This document shows, piece by piece, positions 50,301-64,000 of a stretch of DNA of 64,000 nt (position 1 is the stretch's first letter; each line of letters opens with the position of its first letter). This stretch comes from Pecten maximus (taxonomy: Eukaryota). The notes under the pieces are model-generated. The model was not told where the DNA came from and did no database searches. It saw only the letters and a list, made by a program, of their open reading frames with translations. Location: contig NC_047025.1 in assembly GCF_902652985.1 (NCBI RefSeq), positions 43,586,001 to 43,650,000 on the forward strand. Direction: 5' to 3'. Position numbers and translations under genes: made by a program.

Positions 50301-52318
50301 TTACTACAGATCCCCACCAATACCCATGTGTCAGGGTTACTACAGATCCTCACCAATACCCATGTGTCAGGGTTACTACAGATCCCCACCGATACCCATG
50401 TGTCAGGGTTACTACAGATCCCCACCAATACCCATGTGTCAGGGTTACTACAGATTCTCACCAATACCCATGTGTCAGGGTTACTACAGATCCTCACCAA
50501 TAACCATGTGTCAGGGTTACTACAGATCCCCACCGATACCCATGTGTCAGGGTTACTACAGATCCTCACCAATACCCATGTGTCAGGGTTACTACACACC
50601 CTCACCAATACCCATGTGTCAGGGTTACTACAGATCCCCACCGATACCCATGTGTCGGGGTTACTACAGATCCCCACCAATACCCATGTGTCAGGGTTAC
50701 TACACACCCTCACCAATACCCATGTGTCAGGGTTACTACACACCCTCACCAATACCCATGTGTCAGGGTTACTACAGACCCTCACCAATACCCATGTGTC
50801 AGGGTTACAACAGATCCTCACCCATGTGCCAGGGTTACTACAGATCCCCACCAATACCCATGTGTCAGGGTTACTACAGATCCTCACCAATACCCATGTG
50901 TCAGGGTTACTACAGATCCTCACCAATACCCATGTGCCAGGGTTACTACAGATCCCCACCAATACCCATGTGTCAGGGTTACTACAGATCCTCACCAATA
51001 CCCATGTGTCGGGGTTACTACAGATCCCCACTAATACCCATGTGTCAGGGTTACTACAGATCCCCACCGATACCCATGTGTCGGGGTTACTACAGATCCC
51101 CACTAATACCCATGTGTCAGGGTTACTACAGATCCTCATCAATTCCCATGTGTCAGGGTTACTACAGATCCTCACCAATACCCATGTATCAGGGTTACTA
51201 CAGATCCTCACCAATACCCATGTATCAGGGTTACTACAGATCCTCACCAATACCCATGTGTCAGGGTTACTACAGATCCCCACCAATACCCATGTGTCAG
51301 GGTTACTACAGATCCTCACCGATACCCATGTGTCAGGGTAATACAGATCCTCGCCAATACCCATGTGTCAGGGTTACTACAGATCCTCGCCAATACCCAT
51401 GTGTCAGGGTTACTACAGATCCTCACCAATACCCATGTGTCAGGGTTACTACAGATCCTCACCAATACCCATGTGTCAGGGTTACTACAGATCCCCAACA
51501 ATACCCATGTGTCTGGGTTACTACAGATCCTCACCAATACCCATGTGTCTGGGTTACTACAGATCCTCACCAATACCCATGTATCAGGGTTACTACAGAT
51601 CCTCACCAATACCCATGTGTCAGGGTTACTACAGATCCTCACCAATACCCATGTATCAGGGTTACTACAGATCCCCACCAATACCCATGTGTCAGGGTTA
51701 CTACAGATCCTCACCGATACCCATGTGTCAGGGTTAATACAGATCCTCACCAATACCCATGTGTCAGGGTTACTACAGATCCTCGCCAATACCCATGTGT
51801 CAGGGTTACTACAGATCCTCACCAATACCCATGTGTCAGGGTTACTACAGATCCTCACCAATACCCATGTGTCAGGGTTACTACAGATCCCCAACAATAC
51901 CCATGTGTCTGGGTTACTACAGATCCTCACCAATACCCATGTGTCAGGGTTACTACAGATCCTCACCAATACCCATGTGTCAGGGTTACTACAGATCCTC
52001 ACCAATACCCATGTGTCAGGGTTACTACAGATCCTCACCAATACCCATGTGTCAGGGTTACTACAGATCCTCGCCAATACCCATGTGCCAGGGTTACTAC
52101 AGATCCTCACCAATACCCATGTATCAGGCTTACTACAGATCCTCACCAATACCCATGTGTCAGGGTTACTACAGATCCCCACCAATACCCATGTGCCAGG
52201 GTTACTACAGATCCTCACCAATACCCATGTATCAGGGTTACTACAGATCCTCACCAATACCCATGTGTCAGGGTTACTACAGATCCTCACCAATACCCAT
52301 GTGTCAGGGTTACTACAG
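47392..52318. repeat. Minisatellite, 36-bp unit, ~137 copies (copy 2)
   Basis: Same unit as 19990-24600. Confidence 0.96.
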
Positions 52319-52543
52319 GGGGCCGCGGTGGCAGAGTGGTTAAGGTGTCCCGACACTTTAACACTAATAGCCCTCCATCTCTGGGTTACGACTTTGAAAC
52401 CTACGTGGTACAGTTGCTAGGTACTGACCATAGGCCAGTGGTTTTTCTCAGTACTACGGCTTTCCCCAACCTCCAAAACCTGGCACGTCCTTAAATGACC
52501 CTGGCTGTTAATAGGACGTTACACAAAAACAAACCAAACCAAA
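52319..52543 (+). mobile_element. Full-length tRNA-derived SINE with 11-bp TSD
   Basis: Same family as 11129-11356. Tail (AAACC)n. TSD GGTTACTACAG at 52308-52318 and 52544-52554. Confidence 0.88.
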
Positions 52544-52572
52544 GGTTACTACAGCTCCCCACCAATACCCAA

Positions 52573-55500
52573 GGGGTGATAGGTCTCTGTACCACCAGTA
52601 TTAAGGGAGGGGTGTCAGGTCTGTACCACCAGTATAAAGGGAGGGGTGATAGGTCTCTGTACCACCATTATAAAGGGAGGGTGACAGGTCTGTACCACCA
52701 GTATAAAGGGAGGGTGACAGGTCTCTGTACCACCATTATAAAGGGAGGGTGACAGGTCTGTACCACCAGTATAAAGGGAGGGTGACAGGTCTGTACCACC
52801 AGTATAAAGGGAGGGTGACAGGTCTCTGTACCACCAGTATAAAGGGAGGGGTGACAGGTCTGTACCACCATTATAAGGGAGGGTGACAGGTCTCTGTACC
52901 ACCATTATAAAGGGAGGGTGACAGGTCTGTACCACCAGTATAAAGGGAGGGTGACAGGTCTCTGTACCACCAGTATAAAGGGAGGGGTGTCAGGTCTGTA
53001 CCACCAGTAAAAAGGGAGGGGCGACAGGTCTATGTACCACTATTATAAAGGGAGGGGTGACAGGTCTCTGTACCACCATTATAAAGGGAGGGGTGACAGG
53101 TCTCTGTACCACCAGTATTAAGGGAGGGGTGTCAGGTCTGTACCACCAGTATAAAGGGAGGGGTGATAGGTCTCTGTACCACCATTATAAAGGGAGGGTG
53201 ACAGGTCTGTACCACCAGTATAAAGGGAGGGGTGACAGGTCTCTGTACCACCATTATAAAGGGAGGGTGACAGGTATCTGTACCACCATTATAAAGGGAG
53301 GGTGACAGGTCTGTACCACCAGTATCAAGGGAGGGTGACAGGTCTCTGTACCACCAGTATAAAGGGAGGGGTGACAGGTCTCTGTACCACCATTATAAAG
53401 GGAGGGTGACGGGTATCTGTACCACCATTATAAAGGGAGGGTGACAGGTCTGTACCACCAGTATAAAGGGAGGGTGACAGGTCTCTGTACCACCAGTATA
53501 AAGGGAGGGGTGTCAGGTCTGTACCACCAGTATAAAGGGAGGGGCGACAGGTCTATGTACCACTATTATAAAGGGAGGGGTGACAGGTCTCTGTACCACC
53601 ATTATAAAGGGAGGGGTGACAGGTCTCTGTACCACCAGTATAAAGGGAGGGGTGTCAGGTCTGTATCACCAGTATAAAGGGAGGGTGACAGGTATCTGTA
53701 CCACCAGTATAAAGGGAGGGGTGACAGGTCTGTATCACCAGTATAAAGGGAGGGTGACAGGTATGTACCACCAGTATAAAGGGAGGGGTGTCAGGTTTGT
53801 ACCACCAGTATAAAGGGAGGGGTGACAGGTATATACCACCAGTATAAAGGGAGGGGTGTCAGGTCTGTATCACCAGTATAAAGGGAGGGTGACAGGTATC
53901 TGTACCACCAGTATAAAGGGAGGGGTGACAGGTATGTACCACCAGTATAAAGGGAGGGGTGACAGGTCTGTACCACCAGTATAAAGGGAGGGGTGACAGG
54001 TCTGTACCACCAGTATAAAGGGAGGGTGTACAGGTCTGTATCACCAGTATAAAGGGAGGGTGACAGGTATCTGTACCACCGGTATAAAGGGAGGGGTGAC
54101 AGGTATGTACCACCAGTATCAAGGGAGGGGTGACAGGTATGTACCACCAGTATGAAGGGAGGGGTGACAGGTATCTGTACCACCAGTATAAAGGGAGGGG
54201 TGACAGGTCTGTATCACCAGTATAAAGGGAGGGTGACAGGTATCTGTACCACCAGTATAAAGGGAGGGGTGACAGGTCTGTACCACCAGTATAAAGGGAG
54301 GGGTGACAGGTCTGTGCCACCATTATAAAGGAAGGGGTGACAGGTCTGTACCACCAGTATAAAGGGAGGGGTGTCAGGTCTGTACCACCAGTATAAAGGG
54401 AGGGCTGACGGGTCTGTATCACCAGTATAAAGGGAGGGTGACAGGTATCTGTACCACCATTATAAAGGGAGGGCGACAGGTATCTGTACCACCAGTATAA
54501 AGGGAGGGTGACAGGTCTCTGTACCACCAGTATAAAGGGAGGGGTGACAGATCTGTACCACCAGTATAAAGGGAGGGCTGTCAGGTCTGTACCACCAGTA
54601 TAAAGGGAGGGCTGTCAGGTCTGTACCACCAGTATAAAGGGAGGGCTGACAGGTCTGTACCACCAGTATAAAGGGAGGGCTGACAGGTCTGTATCACCAG
54701 TATAAAGGGAGGGTGACAGGTCTGTATCACCATTATAAAGGGAGGGCTGACAGGTCTGTATCACCATTATAAAGGGAGGGCTGACAGGTCTCTGTACCAC
54801 CATTATAAAGGGAGGGGTGACAGGTCTCTGTACCACCAGTATAAAGGGAGGGTGACAAGTCTCTGTACCACCAGTATAAAGGGAGGGGTGTGAGGTCTGT
54901 ACCACCAGTATAAAGGAAGGGGCGACAGGTCTATGTACCACTATTATAAAGGGAGGGGTGACAGGTCTCTGTACCACCATTATAAAGGGAGGGGTGACAG
55001 GTCTGTACCACCAGTATAAAGGGAGGGGTGTCAGGTCTGTATCACCAGTATAAAGGGAGGGTGACAGGTATCTGTACCACCAGTATAAAGGGAGGGGTGA
55101 CAGGTCTGTACCACCAGTATAAAGGGAGGGGTGACAGGTATGTACCACCAGTATAAAGGGAGGGGTGACAGGTATGTACCACCAGTATAAAGGGAGGGTG
55201 ACAGGTCTGTACCACCAGTATAAAGGGAGGGGTGACAGGTCTGTACCACCAGTATAAAGGGAGGGTGACAGGTCTGTACCACCAGTATAAAGGGAGGGGT
55301 GACAGGTCTGTACCACCAGTATAAAGGGAGGGTGACAGGTATCTGTACCACCAGTATAAAGGGAGGGGTGACAGGTCTGTACCACCAGTATAAAGGGAGG
55401 GGTGACAGGTCTGTACCACCAGTATAAAGGGAGGGGTGACAGGTCTGTACCACCAGTATAAAGGGAGGGGTGACAGGTCTGTACCACCATTATAAAGGGA

Positions 55501-56925
55501 GGGCTGACAGGTCTGTACCACCAGTATAAAGGGAGGGTGACAGGTCTGTACCACCATTATAAAGGGAGGGGTGACAGGTCTGTACCACCAGTATAAAGGG
55601 AGGGTGACAGGTCTGTACCACCAGTATAAAGGGAGGGGTGACAGGTCTGTACCACCAGTATAAAGGGAGGGTGACAGGTCTGTACCACCAGTATAAAGGG
55701 ATGGCTGACAGGTCTGTGCCACCAGTATAAAGGGAGGGCTGACAGGTCTGTATAACCAGTATAAAGGGAGGGTGACAGGTCTGTATCACCATTATAAAGG
55801 GAGGGCTGACAGGTCTGTATCACCATTATAAAGGGAGGGCTGACAGGTCTCCGTACCACCATTATAAAGGGAGGGGTGACAGGTTTATGTACCACCATTA
55901 TAAAGGGAGGGGTGACAGGTCTCTGTACCACCAGTATAAAGGGAGGGGTGACAGGTCTCTGTACCACCATTATAAAGGGAGGGTGACAGGTCTCTGTACC
56001 ACCAGTATAAAGGGAGGGGTGTCAGGTCTGTACCACCAGTATAAAGGGAGGGGCGACAGGTCTATGTACCACTATTATAAAGGGAGGGGTGACAGGTCTC
56101 TGTACCACCATTATAAAGGGAGGGGTGACAGGTATGTACCACCAGTATAAAGGGAGGGGTGACAGGTCTGTATCACCAGTATAAAGGGAGGGGCGACAGG
56201 TCTATGTACCACTATTATAAAGGGAGGGGTGACAGGTCTCTGTACCACCAGTATAAAGGGAGGTGTGTCAGGTCTGTATCACCAGTATAAAGGGAGGGTG
56301 ACAGGTATCTGTACCACCAGTATAAAGGGAGGGGTGACAGGTCTGTATCACCAGTATAAAGGGAGGGTGACAGGTATCTGTACCACCAGTATAAAGGGAG
56401 GGGTGACAGGTATGTACCACCAGTATAAAGGGAGGGTAACAGGTATGTACCACCAGTATAAAGGGAGGGGTGTCAGGTCTGTACCACCAGTATAAAGGGA
56501 GGGGTGACAGGTATGTACCACCAGTATAAAGGGAGGGGTGTCAGGTCTGTATCACCAGTATAAAGGGAGGGTGACAGGTATCTGTACCACCAGTATAAAG
56601 GGAGGGGTGACAGGTATGTACCACCAGTATAAAGGGAGGGGTGACAGGTCTGTATCACCATTATAAAGGGAGGGGTGACAGGTCTGTATCACCATTATAA
56701 AGGGAGGGCTGACAGGTCTCTGTACGACCATTATAAAGGGAGGGGTGACAGGTTTATGTACCACCATTATAAAGGGAGGGGTGACAGGTCTCTGTACCAC
56801 CAGTATAAAGGGAGGGGTGACAGGTCTATACCACCAGTATAAAGGGAGGGCTGACAGGTCTGTACCACCAGTATAAAGGGAGGGGTGACAGGTCTGTTCC
56901 ACCAGTATAACGGGAGGGGCGACGA
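52573..56925. repeat. G-rich minisatellite, 33-36-bp unit (copy 2)
   Basis: Same unit as 24717-33630, but clean and about half the length. Confidence 0.95.
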
Positions 56926-57119
56926 GGCTCCATCCCATCTAAGTGTGTACAGGGGATAGCTTAATTAAATAGCCCCCAGCATAAAACTCCATGTTCACCA
57001 AAGGCTTAAGGTTATATGAATATACCAAATCATGTGTTAAATAAAAATGGATGTGAACAGTCAGATTAGGACTGGGGTGGGGTGTCGCCTTTCTGTTTTC
57101 AATTCACCCCAATGATTTA

Positions 57120-58200
57120 TAAACTTATCTTGTTGAACACAGTTTTGTTATCAGAAACACCAGGTGATTTATATCAATTATTAAATTAATTTGACCAATA
57201 TTGTTATACATGGAAACTAGAATTTAATACAAGAAAAACAAAAGTTGTAATCTTCTCCTAACGGAAATGTGTACAAATTTACCATTTTACATTGTGTTTT
57301 ATAGAACTAGACATACTTGAAAGATATATATATCTAGGTATATTCTTTAATTTTAATGGTAGTTTTTTAATGTAAGCTGAAATGTTGCTAAGCAAGCTAA
57401 GAGCATAAGTCAGTTTTAGCTATTCAAAAGAAACTTTGGAACATATAACTTCCAAATATTACATGTTGACCTCCAATTGAAATTATTCGATTCTATTAAT
57501 TTGCATTCCAGTTTTGTTCAACGCATATTAAATATTGGGGTTTGAAAATACAAACATTTTACCAAAAGTCATTTGTAATTTTGTTAAAACACTGACATTA
57601 AGTGATCACGTTTTGACATTACTTAAAAATCTCCAATAAACTATCAAGTAACATGTATACACTAATATATACTTTACAGGAAACAGGCTCCACGTCGTGT
57701 AAATGGCTGCCATACGTTAAAGATAGTTTATCTCAATATACCTTAAACTATGTCTGAATCTATCCATCAATATGTTCTTTTTCAAGAGATAAAATAAAGA
57801 GTCTAGTTAAAAGTATATTGAGGAATCAGTTTATACATAAATGGTTTCATGATATTGGTAATTCTTCAACAGGACAACCATATTCTATATTTAAGACACA
57901 ATTTGGCATAGAGCTTAAAGAAAAAGACAGGAAAAATATCTGTAAATTTTGATCCTCTTATATTAAACTTCCAGTAGAGTCAGGACGATGGCTTGGTATC
58001 CCTCGTCACGAGATAATTTGTAGGTGTATAAATCAGATATTGGTGATGAATACATTACATATTCAAATGTGAACATGAATCTGTTATACGCTTGAGAAAG
58101 AAATATATTCCAAAATACCACTTTGCTCATCCTAGTCGAGACTAAGTGCAAGGGATATTCAACATATTTATCATTTATAGATGTTTAGAGAATCAAAGTT
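57120..58200 (+). mobile_element. Decayed LINE ORF2 3' fragment (copy 2)
   Basis: Homologous to 35070-36120. Retains WKLEFNTRKTKVVIFS and YLGIFF. Confidence 0.75.
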
Positions 58201-58592
58201 AATTGATTCTAAATTAAAGAGTATATCAGGCAGTTTAATGTTCTTAGTAATTATCACAAATATGTATTAATCATCGTATAGTATCATTGTTATTATATAT
58301 CACGTGACCTCAGCTTGATGACGGTTGCACGTATCCTTTGGTGTATAGCCATGGTCAAACTTACCAGACGTACCCGTATATAAACTAGGTATCGGCGTTC
58401 CTGTACAGCGTACCTGCACGCGCGTGTGAGGCGTTCAGGTGAGTCTATCTCAGTCCCCGGACAAGTCTCTCAGACACGGTAGAGGAGACACGTGCGTTAA
58501 TGGGAACCTATCTGTGCAGTATTGCTTGCCTTCTGATCCAAAGAACTGTTGTGGAGGCCTTACTTTACGAGTCAACAAACCTCTCCAACAAC

Positions 58593-61500
58593 ATGCCTGG
58601 CAAGAGACGGTCTAAGAAGGTACAAGTAAACCTAACATTACGTCTGTAGTTTAATCTGTCGTCATTTCAAACAAGTGATCACAGCCTTCACGAGGACGTA
58701 AATTTTGTTTGCAATGTAATTCGCTTCTAAAAAGGGACTTCCAAGGAGTTCTCTATTTCCAGATGTATATAAAGTAGCTGTAGATATACAATGTCCTTTA
58801 CATACAGGTGTATATGTAACAAGTGTCCCATATAAACAGGTTATATAACGCGTGTCCCTTATATACAGGTTATACATAACGGGTGTCTCTTATATACAGG
58901 TTATATATAACGGGTGTCTCTTATATACAGGTTATATATAACGGATGTCCCTTATATACAGGTTATACATAACGGGTGTCCATTATATACAGGTTATATA
59001 TAACGGGTGTCCCTTATATACAGGTTATATATAACGGGTGTCTCTTATATACAGGTTATATATAACGGATGTCCCTTATATACAGGTTATACATAACGGG
59101 TGTCCATTATATACAGGTTATACATAACGGGTGTCCCTTATATACAGGTTATATATAACGGGTGTCTCTTATATACAGGTTATATATAACGGATGTCCCT
59201 TATATACAGGTTATACATAACGGGTGTCCATTATATACAGGTTATATATAACGGGTGTCCCTTATATACAGGTTATATATAACGAGTGTCCCTTATATAC
59301 AGGTTATATATAATGTGTGTCCCTTGTATACAGATTATTTATAACGTGTGTCCATTATATACAGGTTATATATAACGGGTGCCCTTATATACAGCTGTAT
59401 ATATAACGGGTGTACCTTATATACAGGTTATATATAAAGGGTGTCACTTACATACAGGTTATATATAACGGGTATCCCTTATATACAGGTTATATATAAC
59501 GTGTGTCCATTATATAAGGTTATATATAAAGGGTTTCACTTATATACAGGTTATATATGACGGGTGCCCTTATATACAGCTGTATATATAACGGGTGTCC
59601 CTTATATACAGGTTATATATAACGTGTGTCCATTATATACAGGTTATATATAACGGGTGTCCCTTATATACAGGTTATATATAACGGATGTCCCTTATAT
59701 ACAGATTATATATAAAGGGTTTCACTTATATACAGGTTATATATAACGGGTGTCCCTTATATACAGCTGTATATATAACGGATGTCCCTTATATACAGAT
59801 TATATATAAAGGGTGTCCCTTATATACAGGTGTATATGTAACGCGTGTCCCTTATATACAGGTTATATATAACGTGTGTCCCTTATATACGGGTTATATA
59901 TAACGGGTGTCCCTTATATACAGGTTATATATAACGGGTGTCCATTATATACAGGTTATATATAACGGGCGTCCATTATATCCAGGTGTCACTTATATAC
60001 AAGATATATATATAACGGGTGTCCCTTGTATGTAGGTTATATATAACGGGTGCCCCTTATATACAGGTTATATATAACGGGTGTCTCTTATATAACAGAT
60101 ATATATAACGAGTGTCCCTTATATACAAGATATATATAACGAGTGTCCCTTATATACAAGATATATATAACGGGTGTCCCTTATATACAGGTTATATATA
60201 ACGGGTGTCCCTTATATACAGGTTATATATAACGGGTGTCCCTTATATACAGGTTATATATAACGTGTGTCCATTATATACAGGTTATATATAACGGGCG
60301 TCCCTTATATCCAGGTGTTGATATAACGGATGTCCCTTATATACAGGTTATATATAACGAGTGCCCCTTATATACAGGTTACATTACTGATGTCTTTATA
60401 TACATGTGTATATATAACGGGTGTCCCTTATATACAGGTTATATATAACGAGTGTCCCTTATATACAAGATATATATATAACGGGTGTCCCTTGTATGTA
60501 GGTTATATATAACGGGTGCCCCTTATATACAGGTTATATATAACGGGTGTCTCTTATATAGAAGATATATATAACGAGTGTCCCTTATATACAAGATATA
60601 TATAACGAGTGTCCCTTATATACAAGATATATATAACGGGTGTCCCTTATATACAGGTTATATATAACGGGTGTCCCTTATATACAGGTTATATATAACG
60701 GGTGTCCCTTATATACAGGTTATATATAACGTGTGTCCATTATATACAGGTTATATATAACGGGCGTCCATTATATCCAGGTGTTGATATAACGGATGTC
60801 CCTTATATACAGGTTATATATAACGAGTGCCCCTTATATACAGGTTACATTACTGATGTCTTTATATACATGTGTATATATAACGGGTGTCCCTTATATA
60901 CAGGTGTGTATATATAACGGGTGTCCCTTATATACAGGTTACATATAACGGATGTCCCTTATAAACAGGTTATATATAATGGGTGTCCCTTATATACAGG
61001 TTACATATAACGGGTGTCCCTTATATTCAGGTTATATATAACGAGTGTCCCTTATATACGGGTTATATAACGGATGTCCCTTATATACAGGTTATATATA
61101 ACGGATGTCCCTTATATAGAAGATATATATAACGAGTGTCCCTTATATACAAGATCTATATAACGAGTGTCCCTTATATACAAGATGTATATAACGGGTG
61201 TCCCTTATATACAGGTTATATATAATGGGTGTCCCTTATATACAGGTTATATATAACGGGTGTCCCTTATATACATGTACAGGTTAAATATAACGAGTGT
61301 CCCTTATATACGGGTTATATAACGGATGTCCCTTATATACAGGTTATATATAACGGATGTCCCTTATATACAGGCTATATATAACGGGTGTCCCTTATAT
61401 ACAGGTTATATATAACGAGTGTCCCTTATATACAGGTTATATATAACGGGTGTCCCTGGTACATACACACAGGTATCGATGGCACTTTTATACTACATAA

Positions 61501-62970
61501 TCTTGGTAGTTATTATCTGGTGTTTATTTGAAGTATTCCGCTGACAATGATAGTGAACAATAAGTTAGACAATAGAATACATGTATTTATCTTTACTCAT
61601 TATTACAGAAGGAAGTTGATGAGGATGAGAATTGCAGTCAGGACGATGGTATGGCTTTATCAAGGAGGTCGCTAAGTAAACGACAGAGAAAAATTGTTTC
61701 CTACAGTGAAGACAGTCCAAAGACAACAAAGGCACCAAAAGTAACAAAGAAGAATATCCTCAAAGATTCCAATGATAACGAAATACCTCAGGAACATTCA
61801 AAGTTATCGAAGAAATCAAAACTAAAATCAGAAAAGACAAAACTAACAGACATCAAAGTAGTACCGATTAAAACAGAAGCAAAAGAGACGAAAGTAAGGA
61901 AGACTAAAGGTACAATTGGAAGAGGAAAAAAGAAATACAATCAAATTGGTGATGAAAAGAAACTACTTGGCGGTGCATGTGATGGAGTCTGTAATGGCGC
62001 AGCTGCAAACAGCATCGACAAGTCTGCAAAAGATGTACAGTCTGAGGATGTATCAGTGACATGCGGTCAAGGTCAGGACTCAATCTCACAGTCCCAGGAT
62101 GTATCAGTGACATGCGGTCAAGGTCAGGACTCAATCTCACAGTCCCATGATGCATCAGTGACATGCGGTCAAGGGCAGGACTCAATCTCACAGTCCCAGG
62201 ATGCTACGTTTACTGTGGGGTCACCGTCTGCACAGGATGATCCCGATCTACATTTCGAGGACAAACATCCCTCATGTGCCACATCGGAAGCTACACTGGA
62301 CACTAACACCACTGAACCAAAGGAAGATACAGCAAAAACATACGTCAAACAGAGGGAGACACAGAACACAAGTTTCTCAGGGGAGGCCAAACAGAGGGAC
62401 ACACAGAACACAAGTTTCTCAGAGGAGGCCAAACAGAGGGACACACAAAACACAAGTGTCTCACAGGAGGACAAACCGAGGGAGACACAGAACACAAGTT
62501 TCTCAGAGGAGGACAAACCGAGGGACACACAGAACACAAGTTTCTCAGAGGAGGCCAAACAGAGGGAGACACAGAACACAAGTTTCTCAGAGGAGGCCAA
62601 ACAGAGGGACACACAGAACACAAGTTTCTCAGAGGAGGACAAACAGAGGGACACACAGAACACAAGTTTCTCAGAGGAGGACAAACAGAGGGAGACACAG
62701 AACACAAGTTTCTCAGAGGAGGACAAACCGAGGGACACACAGAACACTAGTGTCTTACAGGAGGACAAACAGAATGCGAAAGTTATACAAGAAAACACGG
62801 ATAACAAAGTTACACAAGCAAAAACTCTGTCACGACGTGACTCACTAACCAAGAACAGGGTGTTAATGGATAATGTTGATACCATGGCCGAGAAAGTTGC
62901 TCAGAAACTTGCATCTCAACAAAATGAGCATCTTCGACCTATTCTTGACAGAATGGACGACATCATGAAG
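58593..62970 (+). CDS. Uncharacterised Lys-rich repeat-containing protein, 5' part (copy 2)
   Basis: Putative exons 58593-58619 and 61609-62970 (phase 0, AG/GT), with ten 14-aa repeats. Confidence 0.65.
58790..61460. repeat. Intronic minisatellite, 31-bp unit (copy 2)
   Basis: Same unit as 36710-40670, shorter and more heterogeneous. Confidence 0.95.
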
Positions 62971-63665
62971 GTAAGAATGTCCTCCAACCTATTTCCTCGC
63001 TACTTGCACCTGTACAAACTTCATCAACAAAGTGTATCTTTGTGGTTCCGTTATTAAAATAGTCGGCAGTACATAGGATGACACTGTATTCCGAGATGTT
63101 CTGTATGTTCATGCAATTAGTGTTTCATATATATTGATATTTCAATTTACCACATCGATGGCATGTTGGTACATTTGTCTATGTTCCACTGGTCATCGTG
63201 AGAGTATATCGGACTAAAATGCTGTTAAAAGTTTTGATGTTGAAAGTACAAGGTAAAACATTTAATTAATCTACAACATAATGTACTTCTACTACATATA
63301 CTAGAGCAACAAAACACAACAACAACACTGGAACAGTTACAGTTGCCGCCATTAACAGTACTTCACCTCCGGCCACAGCTAACGTGTGTGGTCCTACACC
63401 TCTAGCGGCGGTGGTGGTAACAGTGGGCACGCATGTCTCGTGACAAATTAAAGCAATTCATGTGCCCCTAAGAGACCACCCCTTCACGATTTTGTAGGTT
63501 TGCTGTATTGCTCTCCTTCATCCGTCTCTTAACTTCATTGGATAACCAAGCCGTCTCACGTACACATCATTTATTCTTCCGGCGTTTCAATACTTTTATG
63601 ACCTCAAACAAGTCGTATCTTCCCTTTCAGACCTTTTTGAGTTAGCTAATATTGTATCGGGTATC

Positions 63666-64000
63666 CGTCTTAGTCCATAATTGTGTAAACAACTATAGTT
63701 TGTTGGAGGTAGTCTTTGCCCACGATTGTGTAAACGAGTATAGTTTGTTGGAGGTAGTCTTTGTCCACGATTGTGTAAACGAGTATAGTTTGTTGGAGGT
63801 AGTCTTTGTCCATGATTGTGTAAACGAGTATAGTTTGTTGGAGGTAGTCTTTGTCCATGATTGTGTTAACGAGTATAGTTTGTTGGAGGTAGTCTTTGTC
63901 CACGATTGTGTAAACGAGTATAGTTTGTTGGAGGTAGTCTTAATCCATGATTGTGTAAACGAGTATAGTTTGTTGGAGGTAGTCTTTGTCCACGATTGTG
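63666..64000. repeat. Minisatellite, 45-bp unit (copy 2), runs off the window end
   Basis: Same unit as 43132-43519. Confidence 0.93.

Larger units (their letters stand above)
43635..64000 (+). repeat. Second, slightly diverged copy of segment ~11586-43519 (probable alternative haplotype)
   Basis: Same order of features: LTR end, GDAP1 exon 1, TP53RK, 36-mer array, SINE, 33-mer array, LINE, repeat-protein gene and 45-mer array. Confidence 0.93.

Overview
Eukaryotic, AT-rich, repeat-dense genomic DNA. The repeat and SINE types suggest a mollusc, probably a bivalve (inference). More than half of the window is minisatellite, so nearly all long ORFs in the track are repeat artefacts. Three spliced genes can be supported. 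(1) A complete 5-exon GDAP1-like GST-fold gene on the minus strand (8093-12190). (2) A 2-exon TP53RK/Bud32 kinase gene head-to-head with it. (3) The 5' part of an uncharacterised Lys-rich gene carrying S/T-Q-rich coding tandem repeats. The segment ~11586-43519 recurs, slightly diverged, directly after a 100-N gap (43635-64000). This is most likely an uncollapsed second haplotype. Comparing the two copies exposes empty insertion sites for three elements: a 2.2 kb Mutator-like element (480-bp TIRs, 9-bp TSD, decayed Ulp1-protease + PHD cargo) inside the GDAP1/TP53RK bidirectional promoter, a 2.46 kb Helentron-type element carrying a 145-bp satellite array, and a 185-bp E-box-rich MITE. The most unusual object is a ~0.4 kb non-coding LTR retroelement (TRIM) whose LTRs each contain a tRNA-Thr(AGT)-like cloverleaf with Pol III A/B boxes, plus PBS, PPT and a 4-bp TSD. 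A solo LTR of a second such family lies nearby. All coordinates were read by eye; no searches were run.
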